A stretch of 64,000 bases of DNA from Syntrophales bacterium (lineage in GTDB: Bacteria > Desulfobacterota > Syntrophia > Syntrophales > UBA2210). Of the stretch, positions 47,105 to 56,686 are shown one piece after another (the first letter of the stretch is position 1; each line of letters starts with the position of its first letter). A program made the position numbers and the translations under genes. The DNA lies in contig CAXXNF010000002.1 in assembly GCA_963666365.2 (NCBI GenBank), forward strand, positions 480,001 to 544,000, given 5' to 3'. Below the pieces are notes generated by a model, which saw nothing but the letters and a program-made list of their open reading frames with translations, was not told where the DNA came from and did no database searches.

Positions 47105-47656
47105 CTATCGTACCGGTTTTTGCCACTCCTTTGCAAAGACTTCTCCTATTTGTGCTGTCTGGCTCTGATCTATCTTCAAGGCCTTTGCGATCTCCGCATA
47201 GAGCTTTTTCCTGTCGCTGTTTTCGGCCTCAATATTGGCACGCAAAGACCTTTTGCTTTTCAGATCGAGCCCCGCTTCGCTTTTTATAGAAACGAAGCCG
47301 TCCGATTCTTCTTTAAGGACACCTTTTAGGTAGTAAGGTTTAAGGGTTGAGTACCTGTTTTTCATGCTTTGCTTTAAAGATCTGATTGTCGGATTCGACA
47401 CGTCCGTAACCTCGTCGGCATATGCGGCAGGAACGGAAACAACAAAAATGGTCTTTTGAAAGAGAAAACTTTGATCCTTCTCAACATTATTTTCTGCCGG
47501 CGCCTTTTTTTCTTGCCCGCGAATCTCGTTGACTATTTCTCCTGCCACTGACTCCACCTTTTCGGCGGGGAAGTATATGTTAATGGTCACACAGGCGAGT
47601 ACTAACAGTGAAGTTAACGCACCCGTCAGCACAAAGCGCTTTCTCCTCGTGTTCAT
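47105..47656 (-). CDS. YdbL/DUF1318-like lipoprotein with YnbE-like N-terminus
   Basis: Lipobox LVLA-C followed by VTINIYFPAE. C-terminal G...E..DGFV...EN.DRKKLYAEIA...FAKEW. Confidence 0.72.
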   Translation of the reverse strand: MNTRRKRFVLTGALTSLLVLACVTINIYFPAEKVESVAGEIVNEIRGQEKKAPAENNVEKDQSFLFQKTIFVVSVPAAYADEVTDVSNPTIRSLKQSMKNRYSTLKPYYLKGVLKEESDGFVSIKSEAGLDLKSKRSLRANIEAENSDRKKLYAEIAKALKIDQSQTAQIGEVFAKEWQKPVR

Positions 47657-47724
47657 GATTTCCTCCTTGTTACGGTTGTTCAGGGCTTCCTGTCGGCAGC
47701 TTCGATCTATGGATGTCGCACAGG

Positions 47725-50700
47725 TTACTCTATGAGCGGTGAGGCGCTTTCTTTTGTAACCCTTTGTATCCTCTTTACCATGTCTTTGAAGCTGATTCGA
47801 TTGTCAGGATTTTGATTTACTATATTTACACCTGAAAAACCACCCCTTTTGATTATATATTCTGTTTCACCTTCCTTTATGGTTCCGTTTATTTTGAATA
47901 CATCATTTTGCAGAGACGCCCGGACTCCAATTTTTTCATAGTGGAATTCCTTGAAAAAAGATGAGATTACACCTGCGAGTCCGACAAATGGGCTTTGGCC
48001 CCCTCCTATTTTGGCGATATTTTCGACGGCCTTTACACTTATTTTCTGCTCAACTCCCTTGCGGGGGGTTGTTTCAAGAAGAAGATCAAATTTCTGAGGC
48101 TGTCCATAGGCGATTTCGAAACCCCTTACATACCCTTGAAGTATGCCTTCAATTTTACCGAAGGAGGTGTTTGTCGTCATTTCGGCCAGGTCCAGGCCGT
48201 CTATCCGTGCGTCAAATGAAAGAAGCGGTCCGCTGAAAAAGGAAGATGCCCTGATATGCGAAACGACTGCCGTTCCTCCAAAGACATCGGCCACGATTTC
48301 ACCTTCGGTTGTGATCATATCTTTCGTAATTTTTACGGGATCCAGTCTGCCGTCCAGTGTGCCCTCGATATGGGGAAACACAGCTTCAGGAATAAAGGGT
48401 CCTATATCGAGGGCTTCTATCAAGATATCTGATTGTATGGATGGATGCGGACCGGCTATTTCCAGGAAAGAGATGGGACCGACGCGCAGGGGACCGCCGG
48501 GTGTTGCCACTTCCGTTGAAGAATCAATGGTGAGCGCGTTTGGTGCAGCTCTTAGAGGAAGAGAGAAAGTCTGGGTCGGAAGAAAGGGCATTCGAAGCGA
48601 TTCTATGTCGAGTTTTCCCGTCAGGGGATTGCCCGCATGCCTCTTTGCCCCTGTGTGAATCCAGAGAGGAAGATCGAGAGACAGACCGGTAAGGCGAATC
48701 TTTGCATTGTCGTATGACAACACTCCATCTTTCCAATGGAGATATCCCAGGATATCAGCGCCTGTGCGGTCTTTGTCAACTTGGAAGGAGGCGGAGATAG
48801 TTCCACCTGTAGCAATTGATTCCAATGCCGGATGCTCAGCTTTAAACGGTTCTCGTACAAAGGTCTCAAATAATGGAGAAACAGAAGCTTCATGCATTTT
48901 TATGAGAATATTCCCTTCAGGAGCATAGGGATATACGGTCCATTGTCCTTTGAAATCCAAGTCAAACCTGTCATAGAGCGCAAAATTCATTTCTCGAAGT
49001 ACTATGATCTTTTTCGTAGTTTCGTAATTTCCCTTAAAATCCGACAACACCGCGTGTTTCCCCAAATCCAGATAAAATGTGTCGAAGAGCACCTCGCCAT
49101 TCGTTACACGAACCGAACCGTCAAACGATGAGAATCTGTCTGTCGGGTCGTAGAGGCAATTGACCGAGACTGCGGCATCAATACCCTCACCGATGCAGAG
49201 GGCAGCGCCGTCTTCAAAGTTGCACGTATCTACACGCAGATCGGTTTTTAAACGCCATGACTTTCCTTTTTCCCTCTCTGCGGATAGTCGGATTGTGTCC
49301 GAGCCGCTTACTTTCCAGCCTTCGGGAAGGAAGCCCTGTGCCTGTGCACACTCCAGCAGGCCCGTATTGACTCCCGTAAGATTGATCCGGCAGAGTTCAC
49401 CTTTTCCCTCTCCCTGCAATTCAATGCGGTGCAATTCCTCAGAATCAATTGACAGGAGTGGCAATCCGAAGGCCTTTGTCAAAAAATCAAAATAGCACTT
49501 TTCTGAGGATAGGCGAATATCTTTGATATCAAGGGATGTTTCTCCTGCGACAAGGCGCATCTTTGGTATGGTCAACGCCATAGTGCCCATAGTAAAACGG
49601 GGGAATCGGCCGTCAATGTTTACGCGTCCGCTGCAGGGCGAAAGGCTGCACAGGGGTGAGTCCACGGTGCAGCCGGAGGCGGTGATATCAGCGCTGATAG
49701 TTGGATTTACCGCCTCTCCTCTGACTGAAATATCTCCGGTAATGCCGCCTTTAATACTGACGTCCTCCATAGAAAAGAAGACGGGATTGTGGTGAAAAAA
49801 AGTTTTCAGGTCGCAGTGATAGTTCCAGGCGTCGTTGCTCTTGAGGCCTTTCAGGGCGCCCCGGATCTGAACGGAACCGCCCAGATGGGCCGTTCCCATC
49901 GCTTTTTTTGTCGTCTCTGGCAGAAACGCTTTGAGCTGGGAGGGGACAAATGATCCCTCGAAGATGTCAAGAATTATGCGCCCCCCCTTTCTAACGCTGG
50001 CCTTGAGTGCGCCTTGAAGAGAAAACAGATCCTGTGCGTTGAGACTGAACTGTTTTGCATGAATATCGGCACTGTGTAAGTCAAAGGCGCCGTCCATTTT
50101 TCCCTCTATCTCGCAGGGAAATGCGGCCACCCCCTTTCCGAATGTTCCCTTTCCCATGAATTCAAAGGCATTCCATGTCAAGAGAGCTTTCTCTTGTTCG
50201 TATCCGATGCAGGAATTGAGATTCACATTGTCCAGGCTGCCCCAGGGTGTTGTGATGGATGCATGAGATATCGATACCTTGGCGCTGATATCGAGCCTGG
50301 CCGGAGAGAAGGAACTCTTTGTGGCTGCATGAATATCGGGAAGGAGTATGGTGATGTCAGGTTCAGTTACAACTGTTCGTGACTCACAGGTAATCTCGAT
50401 GTGGTTCTCTGCATTCATGCGAGCGTTGATGTTCGACAGGGCAACGGCGCCCATATCGGAAATAAAGGCAAGATCGCCGTTGTCGATTTCAATGCTTCTG
50501 AATTCGATTTCCTTGAAAAGAAAGAGCCCTGTAATGCCCTTGAGGATTGTTGACGCTATCGATGATGATCTCGATCCAGGGGATGGCGCCGGCAGGCTGC
50601 TTTTCTGGTGCAGTCGCAGCGAGGGGTTGTTGAGGCGGATCGAATCAACGATGAGCGTCTTGCGACCGAAAGGTCCCTCCCGGTGAAGATCAACCGCCAC

Positions 50701-50964
50701 CTCAGAGACAAAGGCCCCTGTCTGATGATCGCCTTCGACCTGTTTCAACGTTACCTGCTGCAACAAGAAGTGAATCGGTGAGACGGTATACTCTATGCGC
50801 TTGACGGCAACCTGCACACCGCTCACATCTTCGACGGTTTTTTCTATGAGTGCTTTGGTTCTTTCCGGGCTGGCAAGGTAATAGGCGAGTATCCCCGCGA
50901 CAGTCAGCAGAGCTGATAAAGAAATGATTGCCACCAGCAAGATGATCTTTTTCTTTCTGCTCAT
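47725..50964 (-). CDS. Large AsmA-like/YdbH-type intermembrane bridge protein
   Basis: N-terminal TM anchor (MSRKKKIILLVAII...), long beta-rich body, C-terminal FGKIEG.L.G...QKISVKAVENI..IGGG...YEKIG...L.ND...SFKDMVKRIQR. Directly upstream of the YdbL-like gene. Confidence 0.68.
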   Translation of the reverse strand: MSRKKKIILLVAIISLSALLTVAGILAYYLASPERTKALIEKTVEDVSGVQVAVKRIEYTVSPIHFLLQQVTLKQVEGDHQTGAFVSEVAVDLHREGPFGRKTLIVDSIRLNNPSLRLHQKSSLPAPSPGSRSSSIASTILKGITGLFLFKEIEFRSIEIDNGDLAFISDMGAVALSNINARMNAENHIEITCESRTVVTEPDITILLPDIHAATKSSFSPARLDISAKVSISHASITTPWGSLDNVNLNSCIGYEQEKALLTWNAFEFMGKGTFGKGVAAFPCEIEGKMDGAFDLHSADIHAKQFSLNAQDLFSLQGALKASVRKGGRIILDIFEGSFVPSQLKAFLPETTKKAMGTAHLGGSVQIRGALKGLKSNDAWNYHCDLKTFFHHNPVFFSMEDVSIKGGITGDISVRGEAVNPTISADITASGCTVDSPLCSLSPCSGRVNIDGRFPRFTMGTMALTIPKMRLVAGETSLDIKDIRLSSEKCYFDFLTKAFGLPLLSIDSEELHRIELQGEGKGELCRINLTGVNTGLLECAQAQGFLPEGWKVSGSDTIRLSAEREKGKSWRLKTDLRVDTCNFEDGAALCIGEGIDAAVSVNCLYDPTDRFSSFDGSVRVTNGEVLFDTFYLDLGKHAVLSDFKGNYETTKKIIVLREMNFALYDRFDLDFKGQWTVYPYAPEGNILIKMHEASVSPLFETFVREPFKAEHPALESIATGGTISASFQVDKDRTGADILGYLHWKDGVLSYDNAKIRLTGLSLDLPLWIHTGAKRHAGNPLTGKLDIESLRMPFLPTQTFSLPLRAAPNALTIDSSTEVATPGGPLRVGPISFLEIAGPHPSIQSDILIEALDIGPFIPEAVFPHIEGTLDGRLDPVKITKDMITTEGEIVADVFGGTAVVSHIRASSFFSGPLLSFDARIDGLDLAEMTTNTSFGKIEGILQGYVRGFEIAYGQPQKFDLLLETTPRKGVEQKISVKAVENIAKIGGGQSPFVGLAGVISSFFKEFHYEKIGVRASLQNDVFKINGTIKEGETEYIIKRGGFSGVNIVNQNPDNRISFKDMVKRIQRVTKESASPLIE

Positions 50965-51053
50965 GATGACGGTTGTCTGGTTTTCCGATGCGTCGCGGCC
51001 GCTCCAAATCACGCTGCATCATTGAGAAGTTTTAAATATCTGTCTGATTCTCA

Positions 51054-51968
51054 TTATTTTTCGCGGCGCCCTCTGAGCGCACTGATTGCTGTCCCATAGA
51101 GATCTGCCGCATCGTAAGAACTTCTGACAAAGGGTCCGCTTGCCACGGCGGAAAATCCTAGTGCCAGGGCCCTGCTCCTCCAGTCATCGAACTCTTCCGG
51201 GGGAATGAACCTCTCTACGGGAAGGTGTCTGCCCGTGGGCTGAAGATATTGACCCAATGTAAGTATGCTGCACCCTGCCGCGAGCAGATCTTCCATGATC
51301 TTCAAAAGTTCCTGCGACGTTTCGCCAAGACCAAGCATAATGCCCGATTTTACCGGAATCTCAGAAGCACTGCTTCCCGTTGCCTTCATAATATTCAGTG
51401 AACGTCGGTAATCGGCGCCGGGTCGCACCACATGATACAGTCGCGGCGCCGTTTCTATGTTGTGATTGAGAACGGTGGGGCCTGTGTTGAGCACGGTTGC
51501 CAGGGCGTCAACGTCTCCCTGAAAATCCGGAATCAATACCTCGACTTTTACATTCGGAACAGTTGTTTTGATGGCTTCTATCGTTTCGGCAAAGCAGGAC
51601 GCGCCGCCGTCGGGAAGGTCGTCCCTTGTCACAGAGGTGATTACTACGTACTGTAATCCCATGGCCGCAACGGTTTCCGCCACGCGGGCCGGTTCGTCCC
51701 GGTCCGGAGGTTTCGTGGGGCCATGGTCGACGGCACAGAAGCGGCATGAACGGGTGCAGCGATTTCCCATAATCAGAAATGTGGCTGTTTTCTTTGAAAA
51801 GCAGTGCCACAGGTTCGGACATCGCGCTTCCTGGCAGACCGTATGAAGCCCCTTATCCTTGATCATGGATCGTATGGTTTCATACCCCGGACCGGCTTCC
51901 AGTCTTTGTTTCAGCCATCGTGGCTTGCGTACCGGTTTTTGAACAGTGGATGTAATGAATTCGTCCAT
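51054..51968 (-). CDS. lipA: Lipoyl synthase
   Basis: KPRWL, VCQEARCPNLWHC (CX4CX5C), CTRSCRFC, NHNIET, GQYLQP, VRSSY. AAGGA before ATG 51968 (alternative start 51983). Confidence 0.95.
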   Translation of the reverse strand: MDEFITSTVQKPVRKPRWLKQRLEAGPGYETIRSMIKDKGLHTVCQEARCPNLWHCFSKKTATFLIMGNRCTRSCRFCAVDHGPTKPPDRDEPARVAETVAAMGLQYVVITSVTRDDLPDGGASCFAETIEAIKTTVPNVKVEVLIPDFQGDVDALATVLNTGPTVLNHNIETAPRLYHVVRPGADYRRSLNIMKATGSSASEIPVKSGIMLGLGETSQELLKIMEDLLAAGCSILTLGQYLQPTGRHLPVERFIPPEEFDDWRSRALALGFSAVASGPFVRSSYDAADLYGTAISALRGRREK

Positions 51969-52129
51969 GGATTCCTTATGCATCGGGGGTTACCCTATTG
52001 AAACTGCGACGAAGTCAAACGCCTTGCAGCCATTTGGTGATCAATATTTCTCTTTCTGTGGTTCAATGACGTCTTTTACCGGATGATATCATAAAATTGC
52101 CCAGTGTACACGAATTGATGCCGGAGCGA

Positions 52130-53419
52130 TCATTGCGAAGAGCCTTTCTGATGTGAAAGAAAGAGGATGCACAAAAATGCCGCCGCATAGGAAATTAAGA
52201 ATACAAGAAACAGGTGCCGGTAGGCTTCCATCGTGTAAGAGCCGGGGGTAAGTCCCGTAAAGTCATTGAGAAGATACCCGGAGAAGGGCTGGTAGAGTGC
52301 TGCGCCGAAAAAAGCCGACGGATTCATGAGTCCCACCGCGGTTCCCATAAGCCAGGGGGGGAAAAGATCTCTGGTAATGGTAAAGCAGATGGGAAGGGTT
52401 CCTCCTGCGGAAAGGCCGAAAATAAGAAATAAAGGACAGGCAAGAACAATGTGAACGCGTCCGTGAAAAAAAAGAAGCACCATCCATCCGAGGACACTAA
52501 GCCCGATCGCCCACAAAAGCACTGATTTACGGTTCAAATTGAGTCGATCGGTAAAAAAACCGAGTGCAGGTCCGCCGACAGCAAATCCCAGGGGAAGAAT
52601 CATAAGCAGCCATCCAGCATGCACGCGACTGAGATGGAATACATCCATCAGACAGGGAACTGCCCAAAGTCCCTGAAAGGTGAGAAACACCCCTCCCGTA
52701 AAGAACATGGAAAGAGTGATCATCCAAAAATCTAAAGAACGCAGAATCATCTTGAGACGTTTCAGCAGGGTTGGCTGATGTAAGGGCGTCTGTTCTTGCT
52801 TTTCCTTCGCTGTCCCTTCTGTGAGAGACAGCGAAGGCCAACCCTTTGCGGCGGGAGTGTCGCGGACTATGGCCCAGCAGATAATGGCAAGGACAAGTGA
52901 AATCAGCCCCAGGCTTACGAACGAACCCCTCCATCCGAGCAGAAGGACCAGGCAGGTCAGCGGGAGTGCCGCCGCAAGAGCGCCGATGCCGCCGATTGCA
53001 ATCATAATTCCTGTAAGACTGGCAAATTCATTGACTCTATACCACTGCGAAAACAGTTTCAGGCTTGGGATAAAGACGCCGCCTACGCCTGCGCCGACAA
53101 TTGATCTGCCCAGTGCTGCTACCGTTGCATTGGGTGCGGCGCCGAATATAAGCGCGCCGATAGCGGCAAGTACGGAAAAATAAGTAATTACTTTTCGAGG
53201 ACCTATCGTATCGGACAAATAGCCCACAACCGGTTGAACCGCTGAATAGAGGTAAAAATACGAAGACGCAATAATACCGAGGACTACTGCATCGGCATTA
53301 AAGGAGACGGCCAGATCACGGGCGATGACAGTAGGAGAGACCCTATGGAGGCACACCAGGAAGTAGAGCGAACCCACAATAGCGAATTGGGTCCAACGAT
53401 AGTAATTGAAAGCTCTCAT
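52130..53419 (-). CDS. MFS transporter lying between gcvPB and lipA
   Basis: GYLSDTIGPRK motif A, R...G.G helix 4, about 12 TM segments. Confidence 0.88.
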   Translation of the reverse strand: MRAFNYYRWTQFAIVGSLYFLVCLHRVSPTVIARDLAVSFNADAVVLGIIASSYFYLYSAVQPVVGYLSDTIGPRKVITYFSVLAAIGALIFGAAPNATVAALGRSIVGAGVGGVFIPSLKLFSQWYRVNEFASLTGIMIAIGGIGALAAALPLTCLVLLLGWRGSFVSLGLISLVLAIICWAIVRDTPAAKGWPSLSLTEGTAKEKQEQTPLHQPTLLKRLKMILRSLDFWMITLSMFFTGGVFLTFQGLWAVPCLMDVFHLSRVHAGWLLMILPLGFAVGGPALGFFTDRLNLNRKSVLLWAIGLSVLGWMVLLFFHGRVHIVLACPLFLIFGLSAGGTLPICFTITRDLFPPWLMGTAVGLMNPSAFFGAALYQPFSGYLLNDFTGLTPGSYTMEAYRHLFLVFLISYAAAFLCILFLSHQKGSSQ

Positions 53420-53467
53420 TGCGCGGTATCCTCACCTACTCCTTGAGATAATGACAGTGATAACCGG

Positions 53468-53490
53468 CTCCGGCTGGGGAGCAGTCGGAG
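53468..53490. other. Intergenic hairpin between gcvPB and the MFS gene
   Basis: CTCCGGCTG (53468-76) / CAGTCGGAG (53482-90), no U-tract. Confidence 0.45.
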
Positions 53491-53497
53491 AATATGA

Positions 53498-54952
53498 TCA
53501 GCCTGCAAGACAGGGGTGACGAGCCGCCTCAGTTTCATCGAGCCTGGATGTTCTGCAATTGCGGGGCGCCTCTTTCAGAAGATCGGGGTTCTCTTTTGCC
53601 TCCTCGGCAATTGTCTTGAAGGATTCAATAAACTGGTCGATGGACTCCTTTGTTTCCGTCTCCGTTGGTTCTATCATAATTGAACCATGAACGACCAGAG
53701 GGAAATACACCGTAGGCGGATGGTGTCCGAAATCTATGAGGCGCTTTGCCATATCAAGGGCGCTGATCTTATGTTCCTGTTGCCGGAGGTCGGAAAATAC
53801 ACACTCGTGCATACAGGGACGGTCATAGGGGAGATGCAGGGTCCCTTTGAGGTTTTCCTTTATATAATTTGCATTCAGTACGGCAAGTTGACTTGCCCTC
53901 TTGAGATTCGGACCCATGCTGAGAATATAGCTCAAGGCCTTTATCATGACGCCGAAATTGCCGTAGAAGGCGTGTACCCGTCCGATAGACAGGGGGAACT
54001 CTTCTGAAAGACGATAGGCGCCGTTTTCCTCTATAATGCGGGGCAGGGGGAGGAAGGGGGCCAGATCTTTCGTGACGCATAAAGGACCTGAACCGGGTCC
54101 GCCGCCGCCATGGGGAGTCGAAAAGGTCTTGTGGAGATTCAGGTGAAGAATGTCGATGCCGAGTGAGGCGATATCGACGATTCCCATCATTGCGTTCATG
54201 TTGGCGCCGTCGCCGTAAACAAGCCCTCCTTTGTCATGGACTATGTGGGCGATTTCTTTGATGTGCGCCTCGAAGAGGCCCAGCGTGTTGGGGTTGGTGA
54301 CCATTATCCCGGCGGTATCTTCATCCATGACCCGGGCGATGCTTTGCGCATCGAGGATTCCATCCTCACCGGATGCAACCGGAACGGGGGTAAACCCGCA
54401 GAGGGCGGCGCTTGCCGGATTGGTCCCGTGGGCGGTGTCTGGAACGATTATCTTCGAACGAATCGATCCGCGGGATTTGAGGCAGGCATACATAATGAGC
54501 ATTCCCGTCAGTTCTCCATGAGCGCCTGCCGCCGGCTGAAGTGAAACGGCGTCCATGCCGGTAATTTCCCCGAGGAATTTCTCAAGTTCGGCCATTGCTC
54601 GCAGCGCGCCCTGCGAAAGTTCAGCCGGAAGAAGCGGATGGGCGCCGGCAAAGCCACGCAGCCCGGCCTGTTTTTCGTTTGTTTTCGGGTTATACTTCAT
54701 TGTGCAGGATCCGAGCGGGTACATGCCTGTATCGATGCCGAAATTCCATGTTGAGAGTCGCGTGTAGTGGCGGACCACCTCCAGTTCGCTCAGGTCGGGA
54801 AAATCCGGACCGTCTCCCAAAAGCGCCTCTTCAATGAAGGCTTCCTCCACATCACGCCTCGGCAGGGAGAAGCCTGATCTTCCCCTGTTGCCGCGTTCCC
54901 ATAGGAGGGGTTCATTCAGTATAAGCCCCGTTGTCGCCGGTGCAGTTTTCAT
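53498..54952 (-). CDS. gcvPB: Glycine dehydrogenase (decarboxylating) subunit 2
   Basis: VVRHYTRLS, YPLGSCTMKYNP, QPAAGAHGE, AHGTNPAS, HLNLHKTFSTPHGGGGPG (PLP Lys), EPTETE. Confidence 0.95.
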   Translation of the reverse strand: MKTAPATTGLILNEPLLWERGNRGRSGFSLPRRDVEEAFIEEALLGDGPDFPDLSELEVVRHYTRLSTWNFGIDTGMYPLGSCTMKYNPKTNEKQAGLRGFAGAHPLLPAELSQGALRAMAELEKFLGEITGMDAVSLQPAAGAHGELTGMLIMYACLKSRGSIRSKIIVPDTAHGTNPASAALCGFTPVPVASGEDGILDAQSIARVMDEDTAGIMVTNPNTLGLFEAHIKEIAHIVHDKGGLVYGDGANMNAMMGIVDIASLGIDILHLNLHKTFSTPHGGGGPGSGPLCVTKDLAPFLPLPRIIEENGAYRLSEEFPLSIGRVHAFYGNFGVMIKALSYILSMGPNLKRASQLAVLNANYIKENLKGTLHLPYDRPCMHECVFSDLRQQEHKISALDMAKRLIDFGHHPPTVYFPLVVHGSIMIEPTETETKESIDQFIESFKTIAEEAKENPDLLKEAPRNCRTSRLDETEAARHPCLAG

Positions 54953-56280
54953 TTCGACATCTCCTTGAGCAACCTGTCCATGTCCTCCATGGAAACAGTT
55001 TCCGTGACACAGAACAGATAGTGCTCGGTAAGTTTCGGATAAAACGACGAGAGGGGGAGTCCCGCAACAATCTTTTTCGCCGCAAGTTCATCGTATCGAT
55101 CTTTGAAGCCTTCGGGACACTGAAGTACAAATTCATTGAATGTGGGGGCGGTGAAGGGGATGGTAAACCCGAATTCGGCAAGTCCCTTTTTGAGATATTT
55201 CGTCTTGTCATAATTGAGCCTGGCGAGGGTTCTGAAACCTGTACCTCCGAGAGAGGCCATATACATTGCCGCCGCAAGTGCACAAAGATTGTTGTTTGTG
55301 CAGATGTTCGACGTCGCCCGTTCCCGGCGGATGTGCTGCTCTCTTGTGGCGAGAGTGAGCACAAACCCCTGTCTGCCCGCGAGATCCCGCGTTTTCCCCA
55401 CCAGACGACCCGGCATGGCACGGACATATTTGCTCCGTGTCGCGAATATGCCGAGCCCGGGGCCTCCAAAAGAACGCGGTATTCCCAGACTCTGCCCTTC
55501 ACCGCAGACTATGTCGGCGCCCTGCAATCCCGGCGATTTGAAGAGACCGTAGGCGAGGGGTTCTGTAAAAGAAACGATCAGAAGCGCATTCCCTTTGCGG
55601 CATGCCTGTTCCGCTTCAGCAGGATCTTCAATACACCCTAAAAAATTGGGAGACTGAATGGCCACAGCGGCAAAGGAATCTTCCGATGCAGGCAATGATG
55701 TATCGGTCCTTCCTGACGGAAGGAGAGGGAGTTCCACGATTTCGCACTGTGCCGGTTCAAGATAGGTGCGCACCACCTGGCGGTAGGAAGGGTGAATGAG
55801 CGCCGACAGGGCAATGCGCCTCTTTTTTGTGATCCGCACCGCCATGAGGCAGGCCTCCGCCAGTGCCGATGCACCGTCATAAAGGGATGCATTGGCGATA
55901 TCCATTCCTGTAAGCCGGGCAATCAGCGTCTGGTATTCGTACAGGGCCTGCAGTGTCCCCTGGCTTGCTTCCGGTTGATAGGGGGTATAGGCAGTGGAGA
56001 ATTCAGAGCGGCCCAGAAGATACCGCACCGATTCGGGAATATAATGTTCGTAACTGCCGGCGCCCACAAAGAGCGCATATTCCGGAGACCCTGCATTCCG
56101 CTCAGCCATCTTCTCCATGTAGGCATCCAATTCCCACTCGGTAAGTGCGTCGGGAAGATTCAGCGGTCTGCTGCGGCGGCATTCACCGGGAATTGCGGCA
56201 AAGAGCTCCTCCAGGGACTCGGCGCCGACCGTGTCGAGCATGGCGGCGATATCCTCATCGGTATGCGGCAAATAGCGCAT
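54949..56280 (-). CDS. gcvPA: Glycine dehydrogenase (decarboxylating) subunit 1
   Basis: MRYLPHT, TAYTPYQPEASQG, NASLYDG, FGGP, REQHIRRERATSNICTN. Confidence 0.95.
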   Translation of the reverse strand: MRYLPHTDEDIAAMLDTVGAESLEELFAAIPGECRRSRPLNLPDALTEWELDAYMEKMAERNAGSPEYALFVGAGSYEHYIPESVRYLLGRSEFSTAYTPYQPEASQGTLQALYEYQTLIARLTGMDIANASLYDGASALAEACLMAVRITKKRRIALSALIHPSYRQVVRTYLEPAQCEIVELPLLPSGRTDTSLPASEDSFAAVAIQSPNFLGCIEDPAEAEQACRKGNALLIVSFTEPLAYGLFKSPGLQGADIVCGEGQSLGIPRSFGGPGLGIFATRSKYVRAMPGRLVGKTRDLAGRQGFVLTLATREQHIRRERATSNICTNNNLCALAAAMYMASLGGTGFRTLARLNYDKTKYLKKGLAEFGFTIPFTAPTFNEFVLQCPEGFKDRYDELAAKKIVAGLPLSSFYPKLTEHYLFCVTETVSMEDMDRLLKEMSK

Positions 56281-56281
56281 G

Positions 56282-56686
56282 TTATTCAGATCCTTTCAGC
56301 ATGGCAATGTAGGCTGCTTTGTCCATAAGCAGGTCAAGTTCGTGTGTGTCGGCGGGTGTTATCTTGATTATCCAGCCCTCTTCATAGGGAGATTTATTAA
56401 TACGCTCGGGCGAATCTTCGAGATTCTCATTTACTTCTATGATTTCTCCTCCGATAGGCATATACAATTCGGAAACCGCCTTTACCGATTCCAGAGAACC
56501 GAATTCTTCACCTTTCTCGAAGGTGTCGCCGACGGCCGGCAATTCGACGTACACGATGTCCCCCAATTGATCCTGGGCGTAATCGTTGACGCCTATCTTC
56601 ACTGTCCCCCCTTCGCTTCGCGCCCATTCGTGATCTTTCGCGTATTTTACATCGTCAGGCAAGATCAAGTCATTAATTTCTTTCAT
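56282..56686 (-). CDS. gcvH: Glycine cleavage system H protein
   Basis: DHEW, DYAQDQLGDIVYVELP, ESVKAVSE (lipoyl Lys), IN.SPY.EGW. Confidence 0.96.
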   Translation of the reverse strand: MKEINDLILPDDVKYAKDHEWARSEGGTVKIGVNDYAQDQLGDIVYVELPAVGDTFEKGEEFGSLESVKAVSELYMPIGGEIIEVNENLEDSPERINKSPYEEGWIIKITPADTHELDLLMDKAAYIAMLKGSE

